NCBI GenBank assembly: GCA_965637545.1
Contig: OZ281499.1
Span: 21,080,001 to 21,144,000 of the forward strand
From: Phallusia mammillata
Lineage: Eukaryota
Length of the DNA: 64,000 nucleotides
Direction of reading: 5' to 3'
The position numbers and the translations under genes were made by a program. Below the pieces are notes generated by a model. The model was not told where the DNA came from. It saw only the letters and a list, made by a program, of their open reading frames with translations, and made no database searches. Below, in pieces: positions 1 to 12,700 of this stretch (position 1 is the first letter of the stretch; each line of letters starts with the position of its first letter).

Positions 1-761
1 GCCAGTTAGTAAATTGTTGTTAGCAATATGACGTCACAAACAAAAATACAAATAAACTAGAAACCGATCCGCAGAACGTGTGACATCACATTTTGCGTTT
101 CGGTTTTCGATGATGTCATGCAAATAAAAGTCTGTAAAGACTACAGGTATTATCCAGCACATTCGCAGTGCTTTGAGGTTTGGTCAACTTTTAAAGGGGC
201 CAGAAGCAGCAACAAAAGAGCCGTAAACGGCAAGACAAAATAAATTTGATTCAAACTCGGTTAAACGTTTACAAGAAATGTTCGCTTTTTTGCGATAGTT
301 TGACAGTTTTTGCGGCGTTTTTGTTTCTGTATAGCTTAATCGTAACTGTTAGTTAAACTTAACAAGTGTATGTGAACCATGCTTCTGTGCACATGCAAGC
401 TGCACACTTTTCAGTGATAATTGCACACGTGATCTTAATGCCCAGCCTCTAGTCAGCACCGCAATAAAAGGGGTGTGTGGTGGGTGTGTCCGGGCACTGG
501 TGGTGGTGATTTGTATGTGCAGTGTGTTTGTGTTATTTGAAAAAGCTAGTATTTTATTGAAAAGCATAAATTTACATTTATGCAGTGATAGCAGTAAAAA
601 TAGTTTGCATGACTACTTTATATATTAGTAGAAATTATTAGAAAAACAGTGAGTTCATTAAAATAAGGTAAAATGCGTTTGTATTTATAGTTAAGTATGC
701 AGAAATTACATATTAAAACAAAAAATGCAGTTTATTTTTATAATTTCAGTTGTTGATTTAC

Positions 762-776
762 CTTTCCAGCCGGGCC
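762..776 (-). CDS. MACIT collagen exon 30: 15-nt microexon
   Basis: tttatttcag|GPAGK|gtaaat; last exon found before the window edge. Confidence 0.75.
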
Positions 777-3700
777 CTGAAATAAATAAAAGTATTTTAG
801 TAAACAGATTTAAGAGATATTAATAAATCAATTTGTTATCAAGCTTTTATGAATTTTTTTTTTAATTTCAAAAAAATATGATTTCTATGAAACTTACTTG
901 TAATCCTCTGGGACCTTCGTCACCCTGTAATCACAAAAAACAAATCAATTAAAAACGGAACCTATTAAAAATACTCTTGAAAAACCTAAATTGAAGTTGT
1001 TTTGTGATAATTTTAACATGGTTTATTTATAAGTGGATGGCTTTACTACATTTCAATATTTCAAAGTAAAAAATAAATCACTTTGCTCACCTTTGGTCCA
1101 ACTGGTCCGATAGCGCCCTGTTGGTGCAATAAGAAACAAACAATTAGATAAAAGTTCAAATTACATGATTACAGATAAAAAACGCAAAACTGTGCAAAGT
1201 GGACGTGATAAGAAATGTTCAATCAATTTCTATAGACACTGTTCATGATTTGTTACAAAACTAGGTTGAAACATGCCACTTTGCAATAGATCTTACCATT
1301 GGTCCTGGTCTTCCCATTTCACCCTTTAGGCCGTAACTTCCTGGTAAGCCCTGTAACATAATAACCTTGGGTTAGCTTGGAATTGTTGTGGCAAATTTCG
1401 TAGTCTAAAATCAGAATAATATTGCTGCTGCAAAAAGCCGTAAAATTTTACTTTGTAGGAAAATTGATTAACAAACTTTAGGGTTTATATTAAACAAATC
1501 TTTAAAAAATCCGTACCGCTGGTCCAATATTCCCCTTTGCACCCTGTAAACAATATAACGGCTGTGAGAAATTTTTAGACGGAATAGCTGTGCCAACAAT
1601 TTCGCATAAAATAGAATATCACCAAGACAACCCTGTGCATTATACATTCAAACATTTTACAGCACATTTATTGCGGTAAATTAGAAAACAATAATGTGAA
1701 CATTCGACGCCACCGTTAACTGAATAAACACCTCCACACATCATTTTTGCCTTTTCGTAAAAAATCAAAAAATATAGTCTATCAAATTTTTCATGCAAAA
1801 CACCACCTGTTTATGAACGATAAAATAAAACACCACCATATTCGCAAAGAATCACCCAGCCGTATCACCCAGGAAACCCCCCAAATCACCCTTCACCCAA
1901 CACTGGGTAACTACCTTATCACCGGGTAATCCATCTAGACCCGGGTCACCCGGAAACCCATCTAGACCAGGGGAACCCTGTTGGTTATTGCAAGATTTGT
2001 TAAAAGCAAGTAAAAGCAGCCAACAAAGGGTTGATTTTGGTGGCAAAGCGAATTTACAAACTTCAAATGTTTGTAAATTGACAACAAAAAAGCAAAGTGG
2101 CCAAAATCACAAAATTGCATGTTAAATGTTATTGTCAATGGGATCTTTCAAAGACTGGATATTAAAAAATGTGCCAATATACTGTTTAAATGACAAAATG
2201 ATTGTCAACATCTTTAGAATCACATCATCGCTTTGATTTGCATTCATGATGCATCACAAAGCAAGCTTTAAAAGCAAAGTTATAAACAAAAAACATAAAC
2301 TTACTGGGAGTCCCATTGAGCCTCGTTCGCCCTTTTCGCCGACTCCATCGTTGCCTGGTAAACCCTGAGAAGAACAAAGTGGTTAAAAGTGAGCATGACA
2401 TCATTTCTACGTCACAATCTCGAACTTACGTCACTGCCGGCGATACCGCGTGGTCCCATGGGTCCAGCTGGTCCCGGTGGCCCTCTTGGTCCAGGTATCT
2501 AAAATATTCACAGGAAACGGTTTAGCAAAGACATTTATGAGGTCAACCCACTAGGAATGCCACGGACAGTGAAAGAATGCAAAATGCCACAACAGCTACA
2601 AGCTAATGACAATACAAAAGTCACGGCCAAAGCAAGCATCTCTTATGAATGTAAAGTGTGTTGGTAGATAAAGAAAATGCAAAAGCAAAGTATGATGAGC
2701 TAGATGAGCGTTTTTTTGTAATAAAGTACATTAAACATGTACATGCAATTGAGCACTAAACACGTTTGAATTTTTTTGAACTAAACTTAGGATTTTTAAA
2801 GATTTAAACTTTACGTAACTTACACTTTGACAAGTTGTTACACCTTTGCGATATTATGCAATGCTTAGCTCCAGAGATTATTTGAACTTAAAAAGCTGTT
2901 AGTGTTAGATGTAGTTTGGGTTAAAGATTTTTTCAATTAAACCAAAATGTTCTATGGTAAAAAAGGCCCTTTTTAAACTTTGAAACTGGATTCCAGTTTC
3001 GTTTATGGGACGGACATCTATTTAAAAGCAAGATCATCATGCATCCAAAACCGATGACTTTGGGACAGTACAATACTTGTGACTCGCTTTGCAAGAGTTA
3101 AGCACGACAAAGAAAGCAAAAGCGTTGGTTAGCAGCAAGCTACGTTGCACCGCAAGCGAAAACAAAAACGTTTCGAATGCGACCAAATTCTATACGCACG
3201 TATAAGGCTCCGTTTGCTGCCGAAACTGGCGCAGTACACTTGCAATTCTGTTGAGAAGGTTCATATGTGATTACAACAAAAGCCAAATATGGTTGTTTAT
3301 TATTAAAGCTGGAGTGGATAGTAATCGTATGATAGCAACTAGATGTCACTATAAATCATGTTTTTACTATGCAGCTTGAATTAATGCGGTATGATCTAGC
3401 AATATACTCACTGCCGATCCGTTAATTCCAGGAGTTCCCGGAGTTCCGTTTAACCCGGGGATTCCTGATTTTCCAGGCAAACCTTGATCGCCCTTAGTTC
3501 CATCGACTCCGGGTAAGCCCTGTGTACATTATTTCATTGTTAATATTTGCAAAAAAACATTGTTATCATTTTCTATAAGAATAGGATGCACTAAATTTTA
3601 TCACAGAAAATCTGAAACTTACATCTTTTCCTGCTGGGCCACGTGGTCCTTCAAATCCTGGTTCACCCTTGCTTCCAGTGAGACCCTGTAAAATACGAAA

Positions 3701-6700
3701 CCGGTGTTATAAAAAAAAATTCAAACAAGAACTTTGTTTACAATTATTTTAAATTACGAACCTGAGGACCAGGAGCACCGATCATTCCATCCATTCCATG
3801 ATAACCAATTTCACCCTGTTTAAAAACAAAATTTTTAATTTAGTTGTTTTTTCGATTAATGAGTTTTTTTGTTGAATGTCCAAGAAAAAAAATGATTACA
3901 ATGGTTGGTATTGAAAGTTCATTTCAACGTACCTTGGAACCCTTTAATCCTGGTGTACCCGTGTCACCCTAATAAAAAACCCAGAACATTTTGATTAAAT
4001 TCGTCGGATCACGTCGAAAAAATAATATTAATAGTTTTGATTTTAATGGGTAATGCTGTTGCATTAAAGATTTGTTATGAGGCTTTATGACTGCATTAAA
4101 ATTTGTAATCCTAAACTTATTACTAGATGATGTAATGACATACTTTTGGTCCAGGAGGTCCTGGTGGGCCTGGTAGAGCTGTCAGAGGAAGTAATGAGCC
4201 CTGATAAAACAATTGCTGTTACGGACTGAAGTGGAAAGTGACAAAGAAAATACGTTTGTGCGTAATAGTAGAAAATGTTTACTGTGTCGAAACATGTGTT
4301 CGGTTTTTGGCAAGAAAATAAATCGTATTGATTCATGCAAGTAACTTTAATACCGCTAAAGTTGTTGAGAAAGTATTACGGTTATTGTGAAAGAGAAGGG
4401 AAAATTGGATTTTCTATTGCCCAAAATCGCCTTTACTAATCAAAATTCTGTTACAACTTTGTTAAGAGAATGAATGATGTTTATAGGTGCTTTAGAAACT
4501 TGCAGAAAACGATAATAAACTAATGCCCGCATGCAACTAAGCTTAGGTACAATGACAAACCACACAGTTGTCAAGCAACAGAAAGAAATGAACGAACCTT
4601 CAGGCTTTCCTGCATGTCCTGAAGGAAAAAAAGACAAAAGAAAGAAAGCGTTAGTGCTAGAAGCAGCAAGTGTTGGGATCAACACACCACATAAAGTAAA
4701 AGCAATTTAAGTGCTAAACAAATACAAAATATTATACCACACGTTAGAACATCAAGCCATGCTGATGGGTAACGTTATAGTGCATTAGCACAATCGAAAT
4801 CTTAAACTTTTATGTCCAAATGTTACCATATTTTGCTGATAAGGCTTAAGCAAGGTTATTGAGTGAAAAAATGTAAAAATTTAAAGTTAAGTTTGTGAGA
4901 AATGGAAAACATTTTTAGGGTTCAAATCTCGTACCTCTGGACTTAGAAAGAGCAGTGACTCGCCTGGGGTGCCTGGTACCCCCTACAGTGTGACGTCATA
5001 ATGGAAACGCGCAAGCAAGTTGAAAATGCAGACAAGCATGGGTTGATGGGCGCATGCAAAAGAAGGAAAAGCAAAAATGTGGTAAGTAAATGAAAAACAA
5101 TGGGTTAGTTATGTAAATTTAGAGAAAGAACACTTTTTTCTGGGTTCTACTGCAAAACTAAACTTCACAGCACTGAAATGGCAATGACAGCTCCGTGACG
5201 TCACAAGAGCGTCATACACTATGCGCAATTGCGAACTCGTGATGTCACTTAGTTCATTTCTACACACAGCAACACTAAGACTGGTTTGCACTTGTCTCAA
5301 CTGAAGAGGGAATTCCGGGAAATTCGAATTTCGGAAACTCGGGAAAAGTAGTCCATTTTACGGAATTCCGCCCTGTAGCATTCGCCAAGTGCAACGCGCC
5401 AAGCTAACACGAATTCTCACGGCCAATCGCGTGCCATGACATTGTTACGTCACACAAAACACGCGCGGGTTGTGGATTTCGGGGGACTTCAAACTCCGCA
5501 AATACAAACGCACGCAATCACACGCAATCACACGCAACACACGCTATGACGGGATTCATGTACCGGGTTTGTACCGAACGGGCTGCTGTTACGTCCCAAC
5601 TGGATTCTTGACTGGTCAAAGAAAAACGGATTAATTGAGGTTTCTTAACGCAGTTAACTTTATATTTTATGATTTCACAACGTGACCTTTAAATTGTGAC
5701 ATTACGAAACGATTTTTTTACTTAAACGGCATGGTAATTGGTAATGTACATTTTTGGCCTTGTTCAGAAAGATAAAAGGTGGAAAATGGTCCATCTATGC
5801 CAAGCATCGTTATAAGATAAAGATCTATAGTGCAAAACTGTTCGCATTCCAAGACTACGTGTAAAATATGCTGCCAATAGTTGCGTGAAAACGTGTGAAC
5901 ATAATCCACAAACTCTTACCGATGAACCAGCTTGTCCTTTGGTTCCCTGAAAACAAAATACATACATTTTTAAACTTGGATTTAGTTATTTTGAAAGTTA
6001 TTCAAAAAATCCAACACCTTGCTTTAAAACACGACTGTTTTTAGTTTAGTTTAAAAACTTACTTTTTCTCCTGCAATTCCTGGTGGTCCTCTTGGTCCGG
6101 GCACCTGGTTATAATACAATTTTTTAAAGCTTAAATTCGGGTTTATATAACAACTTGTAAAATCGATTAATTAGGATAAGTTGGTTGGCTTTTTTTGAAC
6201 AATATTTTAACAAATACTTACAGCTGGTCCTGGTGGGCCTGGAGGACCTGGAGGTCCTGGGTAACCGCGTTCACCCATGTGACCCTTTTGACCGAAATAT
6301 CCCTGTCTTCTGTACTGTAATATCAAATACAAAATTTCAACAAGATCATTCATAAATATTTTTGACAAATCGAATCTAAATAGTTTGAACCAAACTATTC
6401 GATTCCCGATGGTTTGTATTGAATCGTTTAGATGTAAATAGTTTGATCCGAATCCTTTCAATCCGAATAGTTTAAACCGAATCCTTCGAATCCGAACACT
6501 TTTTATCAAACTAACTCCGAAGCTAATTTGTTTGTGTCAAATATTTATTATTTACAAGTGATTTTAAGCACTTAAGCTTCAGGACGAGATTTTAAAATAG
6601 GTTATATTGCTAAAACAATCTTAAACTTACCAGATCTTGGGATTCCTGATTGCGGATCACCGGTGGCATAACTTTGATCATAGCGTGCTAAAAAATATAC

Positions 6701-9700
6701 ATTGGATTAAAATGCGGCATGAAATGAGAAGAGTGTGTTAGTTATAAGTCACATGATCACATAATAAGACATGCTGTTAGTCTTGCCAAAGAAATATTTC
6801 CAAACTGTTTAATTGCCATAAGAAACCCTATTGTTCGAATATAAAAATCTTAAAAAAATTGCTGTTATTTGTTAGTTATGCCCAAAACAAACTGGATTAG
6901 GAAACTTTAACTTTGTTTCTTGCTTTAATTGCGGTTTCGTTTTTAGTCAAAACTTTTGTCTGGGTATTTATGTATTACTGCAGATGTGGAGATAATTTCC
7001 GGACAGTTTGTAAACATTTTATAGTTAGTCGCATACTTCGACACAGACTTTCATGCTACCTTTCGACGAATGGGTTTTTGGCGGAAAATGTCAAGCTCGT
7101 CCAATGGCAGCTCGTTGGCGTCGCTCTCGAGCGCTACGATTGGTGCAGCCACCTGACAATTCAGCCAATCACGAATGAGCATGCCACACAACACCCCTTA
7201 CAATGTTTCTAAGCTACAGTGATGGTCCGTACTGCCCAGTCGGGCTGTCGGTAAAATTTAAACGTGAATTCCAACTGCTGGACCCAGTTTTTATGGGTTA
7301 GCACATTGGGGATTTTAGCATGCACCTTATACAGTATTATTGTTGTCTATTATAACTAGTTACATATTGATGAAAACACATTAAATTTTTAAAATATATA
7401 TATACATTCATGATTTTTTAGTATATTTATGCGCAGAAAAAGCTATCCGTTTCTAATATTTTTAAAATTAACAATTATTTTTTTGGGTTTGAAATGTTAA
7501 ATTACTGGATTTTTAAATAACGTTAGTTACAAACTTCTAAAGTAAAAATAAACCAATCTCTAACACCATGTAAACAGAACTCCACCAAGCAACACCACAT
7601 AAACACACTAGCTATGGATATACACCCAAGCACAGGGGATGATTCGATGCAACAGCTGTCGCAAATCATCTCTATGACGTCAACAATGGTGCTTGTGTCA
7701 CCTCACATACAACACTAGCATTTGTAGTAGTGCTGCTTTTACTTACTTCAGCCGTGGTGTAACCGGTGCCAATCTCCCCCTTTTGTCCTTTCTCACCGCG
7801 CTCGCCTTTTTGGCCGTCAAGACCTGGCATTCCCTGGGCAATTAACAAATTGGCGAGTTAATTTCATGACGTACAACGGAGACGACACATAAAAAAATGG
7901 CGGCCCTTGGTGAAATGTTTGTACGCATTGCGATTGCAAAAGTTTTTCAACAAATTTTATCTACCTTCAAAGTACAAACCAATACTGAAATATAAGTTAC
8001 ATCAAAATTAATACAATACGACTCAAAAGATAACCAAACGACAAAAACATAAGAATTAAACCCTTACTTGTACTCCAGCTAAGCCTGGAAGACCTGGCAT
8101 CCCCTGAAATAACAAAAGTATTAATTTCGTTCGTAATGTAACAACCCAGTTGTGTAACATTTTCTTACCAATTCTCCTTTATATCCTGGCAGACCTGGTA
8201 AACCTCTTTCACCCTGAAAATGTACGGAAAATGTTAAACTTTATTCGCTAGGTATATTTTATGAGTTAGTTTGCTTGGTGCTTTCATAGAAACGATTGCC
8301 AAATATTTGTATAAGTAAAATTTGTTGTTAATTAGAAGGCTTGATTAGTAGTTGTTGTAATAAAAGAAAAAACAAAAAACTAACCGATTTTCCAGTGATG
8401 CCGATCGGACCCTGTTTAAAAAACACAAACATGATTTAATAAAAATAGACAAACAAAATGTTGCACAAGAAAACAAATATGGACAGAACAGTTGTTTGAA
8501 CGATTGTTTCGGAAAGATGGTGGCTCGTATACCCCAAAGTACCCCATAAAACCCCCTCGATCCCCAAAATATACAAACCGGAAAACCAGGCAATCCTCTT
8601 CGACCAGGAATTCCAATAGGTCCCTGAAAAAAAAATAACTTCAAACAACTACACTTGAGAAAAATTGTCATTGAAGTTTGAAAAGTGTAGCTTATTTCTG
8701 ATTGCAATAACTGTTAACACGTAAAAGATATAATAACCTATTACATTGTTTAAAGTAGTATTTTACTTTTTATTTTAGTAACCAAAAATTATATCAGTAC
8801 TAACCCTAAAGCATGCTTGATTCGTATCAAATAAATCATGTTATTTTAGGTAAGGTATCAAAAGTTCACACACATGCTGCTAAAAAACGGTCCCTTTGAA
8901 TTTTTGGCCTTTACCATATTAAACCTCCGCCCAAAACCAATTTAACTCACCAAAGTCACCTTTCCTGGCATGCTTCTCTCGTCACGTGACAAAGCTGTCC
9001 AATAGGAGCTTGGCATGGAAGTTTTAAATTTGTTTTAGACCCCGAGTTGCCCTTGCCCGAGCCACACCATCTTCCCAAAACGTTCGTTTAAAAAGTTTGG
9101 GAAAAAATGTCGATTCCATACGAACGTCATGCATATGCCATGTATGGTTAAAGTGTAACATGAAATGTGCCACAATTAAACTGTCAATGCCCATACAAAC
9201 GTGCTAGTTGTGCCATGTATGTGGGTAATATGGTTAAATTCGGAATGTAGCCAAACTTTTAGATGAGTAATTCAGTTAAAAAGGTAGCCGAATTTGATTT
9301 TTTTTCTTTTTATACAGGAGTGGATAGGCATTTTCGTTACGCCATGCAGTATGCGTTACAAGCTTATGGTTTGTAGATGTAGTAACTCAGTCAATTAGTT
9401 AGTTATTTCATGCGTAATTATTTCTACTTAATGTTGCAAAAAATGCCTCATGCATATTTAACTACAGCAAAACCAATGGACCTACTTAAGTTTACAAGGC
9501 GTTCAACGTTGTTAAACGTGCGATAAAATGCATATTTCAGCCATGTTTTAAATAGTTGCATGTTCCAGCAAATATGTTGTTATGTAACAAGCAGATGACA
9601 TGCATAATATGTTAATGGTTGCACAAGCTTATATACCGGGAATCCATTTTTGCCGGGTCGACCCTGCGTAATTCCGGCAAATAATAAAAAATCAAGTTTA

Positions 9701-12700
9701 GTTAGCTTGTAGTTCAGCCACCAGAAGCGGTCATTGCTCAAAAGTGTGGTTAACTTAAGCGCTCGACTTCAAAGTTACTTTTTTAGCCAAATATTAGCTG
9801 TAGCACCGAAGTGCGCCAAGTGCAAGGAAGGATTCCTTAATTGGCGCAAAAATATTAAAAAGCGTTGCATTTAAGCAAAGTTACTTAAAGCAGTAGCCTT
9901 AATCAACAGATTGGAAAGCATGGTCAATTTTGTGATGGTTTTTGTAAACTTTGTACATCTTCATTGGTTAAAGGAGACTTGACGACGCACAATTTGCCAT
10001 AAGGTGGTGCCACAGAACACTCTACGAATCTTACCAACACCCAAAACATAAGAAATGGAAAAACCACGGCGATTGTTCTTACCATTTTGCCTGAAAAAGA
10101 AACAACAATGCGTTAGTTTTTGATACTCAGAACAGAATTAAAACACAGTTGAGCAGTCAGTAAAAACGTTTTTTTTTCAAAAATAAATAAAACCCCATTG
10201 AAATTGAATATGAGGAAGAGCAAAATGAGTCAAAGCTGCCGACAGAGTCACGACGCCAGAACCGGACGTTTGCAAAGTGGTGGCACGGGGGCTTGTAATT
10301 CAGTAGTTTACACACTCGAAATGGGGTGTTATTTTTAGGGGGCCAACAAAGCATTCGCGTGGGGCGTGCAATTAAAAACAGTAGAAACCGACACCCACCT
10401 CTGCGCCCCCGTCGTCCCGTCTTCCCCTCTTCGCCTGCAATAAAAACACGGCAAGGTTAGAAACATAAACACGTGACTTCTATTCCCACAGTGATTGGTT
10501 ACTGGCGATGAAAGGACGCAGGTAAATTCAGCCGGTAATTGATTCTGATGGCAAACGTGCCTTGGATCGGGTTTACTCCCGCCCGTGTTGCATTTGACAT
10601 TTACCAATTGGTGTTACGTTGTTAGTGCCAGGCGGTTGGCAAGCTTCCAATTGGCCAAAGTCGAGTTTAAGGCGATTTTAATTGAGTTTAACTCTGCCAG
10701 TTGCTAACACCTATCAACTTTCAGTAGACCTGTTGTGAATTGCCAATATTATTTTCATTATAGATTGACTTTATTTCTATCTGTAGAATAGTATGCAAAT
10801 AAAAATACAGAGTATTATGAACGTTTGGAATATCAAAACAACAAACAGAAACACAAAAATCTCATTTAAATGCTTGATCATATGTAGAAGCAAAACTCCA
10901 CGCACCAAAAAACACGCAGAAAAATCAAGGCAAAAAGAAGCAGAATCAGCAAACTCTTTTGCAAAGTGTCGCATAAACTTTGCTCTCCAATCTCGAGATT
11001 TAGTTTACAGTAACGAAAGCCCAAGACACCGGATATATCTATTGTGCTGTGCGAGGGTTTTTACAACGAAGTGAGACAGTCGTCAAGCAGTCAAGTGCGC
11101 CTTTCGACTTCACTGAGCACTCTAGTGCCCACTTGTGGAGCCAGGAGGACCCCTTGAGGCTTTTGTCGGACAATAGAAAAATATCTTGCGTTATCTGGCT
11201 TTGTTCGGACTATTTGTTGTGAAATTATTGCCGGAATTTCAAGGATTTGTCGTTCTTTGTTGCAAAGAGCCTAGGATGTATTTACTATCATGTATTTGTA
11301 ATGTAAACACTTATCTACACGAGTTTCCTGTCCGTATATTCATAAAGAATTTACACAAATATTTAAAACCTATAATAAAGTCACAAATCCAGCATAAAAC
11401 ACATGGATTTTAGGCCGATGAAATATGCAAAGATTAGTGTTTCTTTCAACGGAAATTGCAATATAAAATAAATGACAAAATTGTAGTGTTGCACAAAGCA
11501 CGATCCGCTTTTATCAAGCAGTAGGGCTTACTTAATTAAATTTTAATTACACCTTCCACAAAGCGCGTTTTTGTGCACTGAGCTTTCCTTAATGGACAGG
11601 CCATTGACCTCGACCGGCGCAGATATGCCCACGTGGCCTCAAGTTTATTCTGCAAGCGAGAGACTAGAGATAGTTTGACGTAAAGAGCAAATGGCTTAAA
11701 CGTTCAAGAGTACTCGAAACCGCGACAACAAGTGTCGTATTTCTGTCGCTGGGCAAACCAAGGGCAGATGGGAGGCGACCTACGTTCCAACGGACAATGG
11801 GACGGGGATATGTCAACGAAGCGGATTTCGTTTAATGGATACGGATATGTTTGCTAAGGCTGCGTTGTGGCTGTTCATATAGGTGGAGAAAACTGTATGT
11901 TACGACAAAAAATATGTATTAGGGCTTTTTAATACGTACTTCACTGATGATAATACTAAACTCAGGCAAGCTAGATACAAGATAGATTTTAAATTCGTAA
12001 TGAACTGGGAGACATACAAAACTAAAGCCCCAAAAGCGAGTAACTATCAAATTCAGCAAAAAAAATCGTTACCAGCTTAACACTGGCTAATGTGGGTGAA
12101 GTGGGTTTGTTTTCACCCACCCAATTGGGGCTTTAATCTCGACCCCCGTAGCGCAATTAGTTCCACATGGACCCCTAACCGCAAACAAATTAAATACTTC
12201 CCTGGACCCACCTCTCCTGAAATTCGTAACACAAACCATATACCGGCCGCAATTGGGGTAGACACCGCACATCCGGGCGGGGGTTAGGAGGCAATTTGTC
12301 ATCGTTAACTCACCCCCAAGTCGCGAATTCAAATAAATTAATGCACATTAGGGTAAGGTGATATTGGTGCAACAAATCATGTTTGACTTTCTGCCCTCTG
12401 TCAGATTAACGTCTTCTCTAATCTCCAGAGACAGAAGACACAAGCTTATTTGCAGAAATAAGCTATTGCTGCCAGGCATAATGTTAGACCAAGTATTGCT
12501 CATCCAGCAGTTTTTATTGTAAACAATCGACGTTTCGACGTCCTATACAAGACGCCTCTTATTTGCAGAAGTTGCAGAAATTTTAACAGTTCGTTGCCTA
12601 ATGGAATTGACCTCTGTGTTTATTTTGACCCCAAACCTTAATGGCTGCATGCTTTTGGAGTTGTTTTCTGTAATCTGTTGCACATATATGCAAAGTGTTT

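Noticed and set aside
4201-4228. Upstream alternative acceptors for collagen exon 17
   Set aside because: The strongest upstream AG shifts the frame by 25 nt, and the in-frame one has a poor pyrimidine tract.
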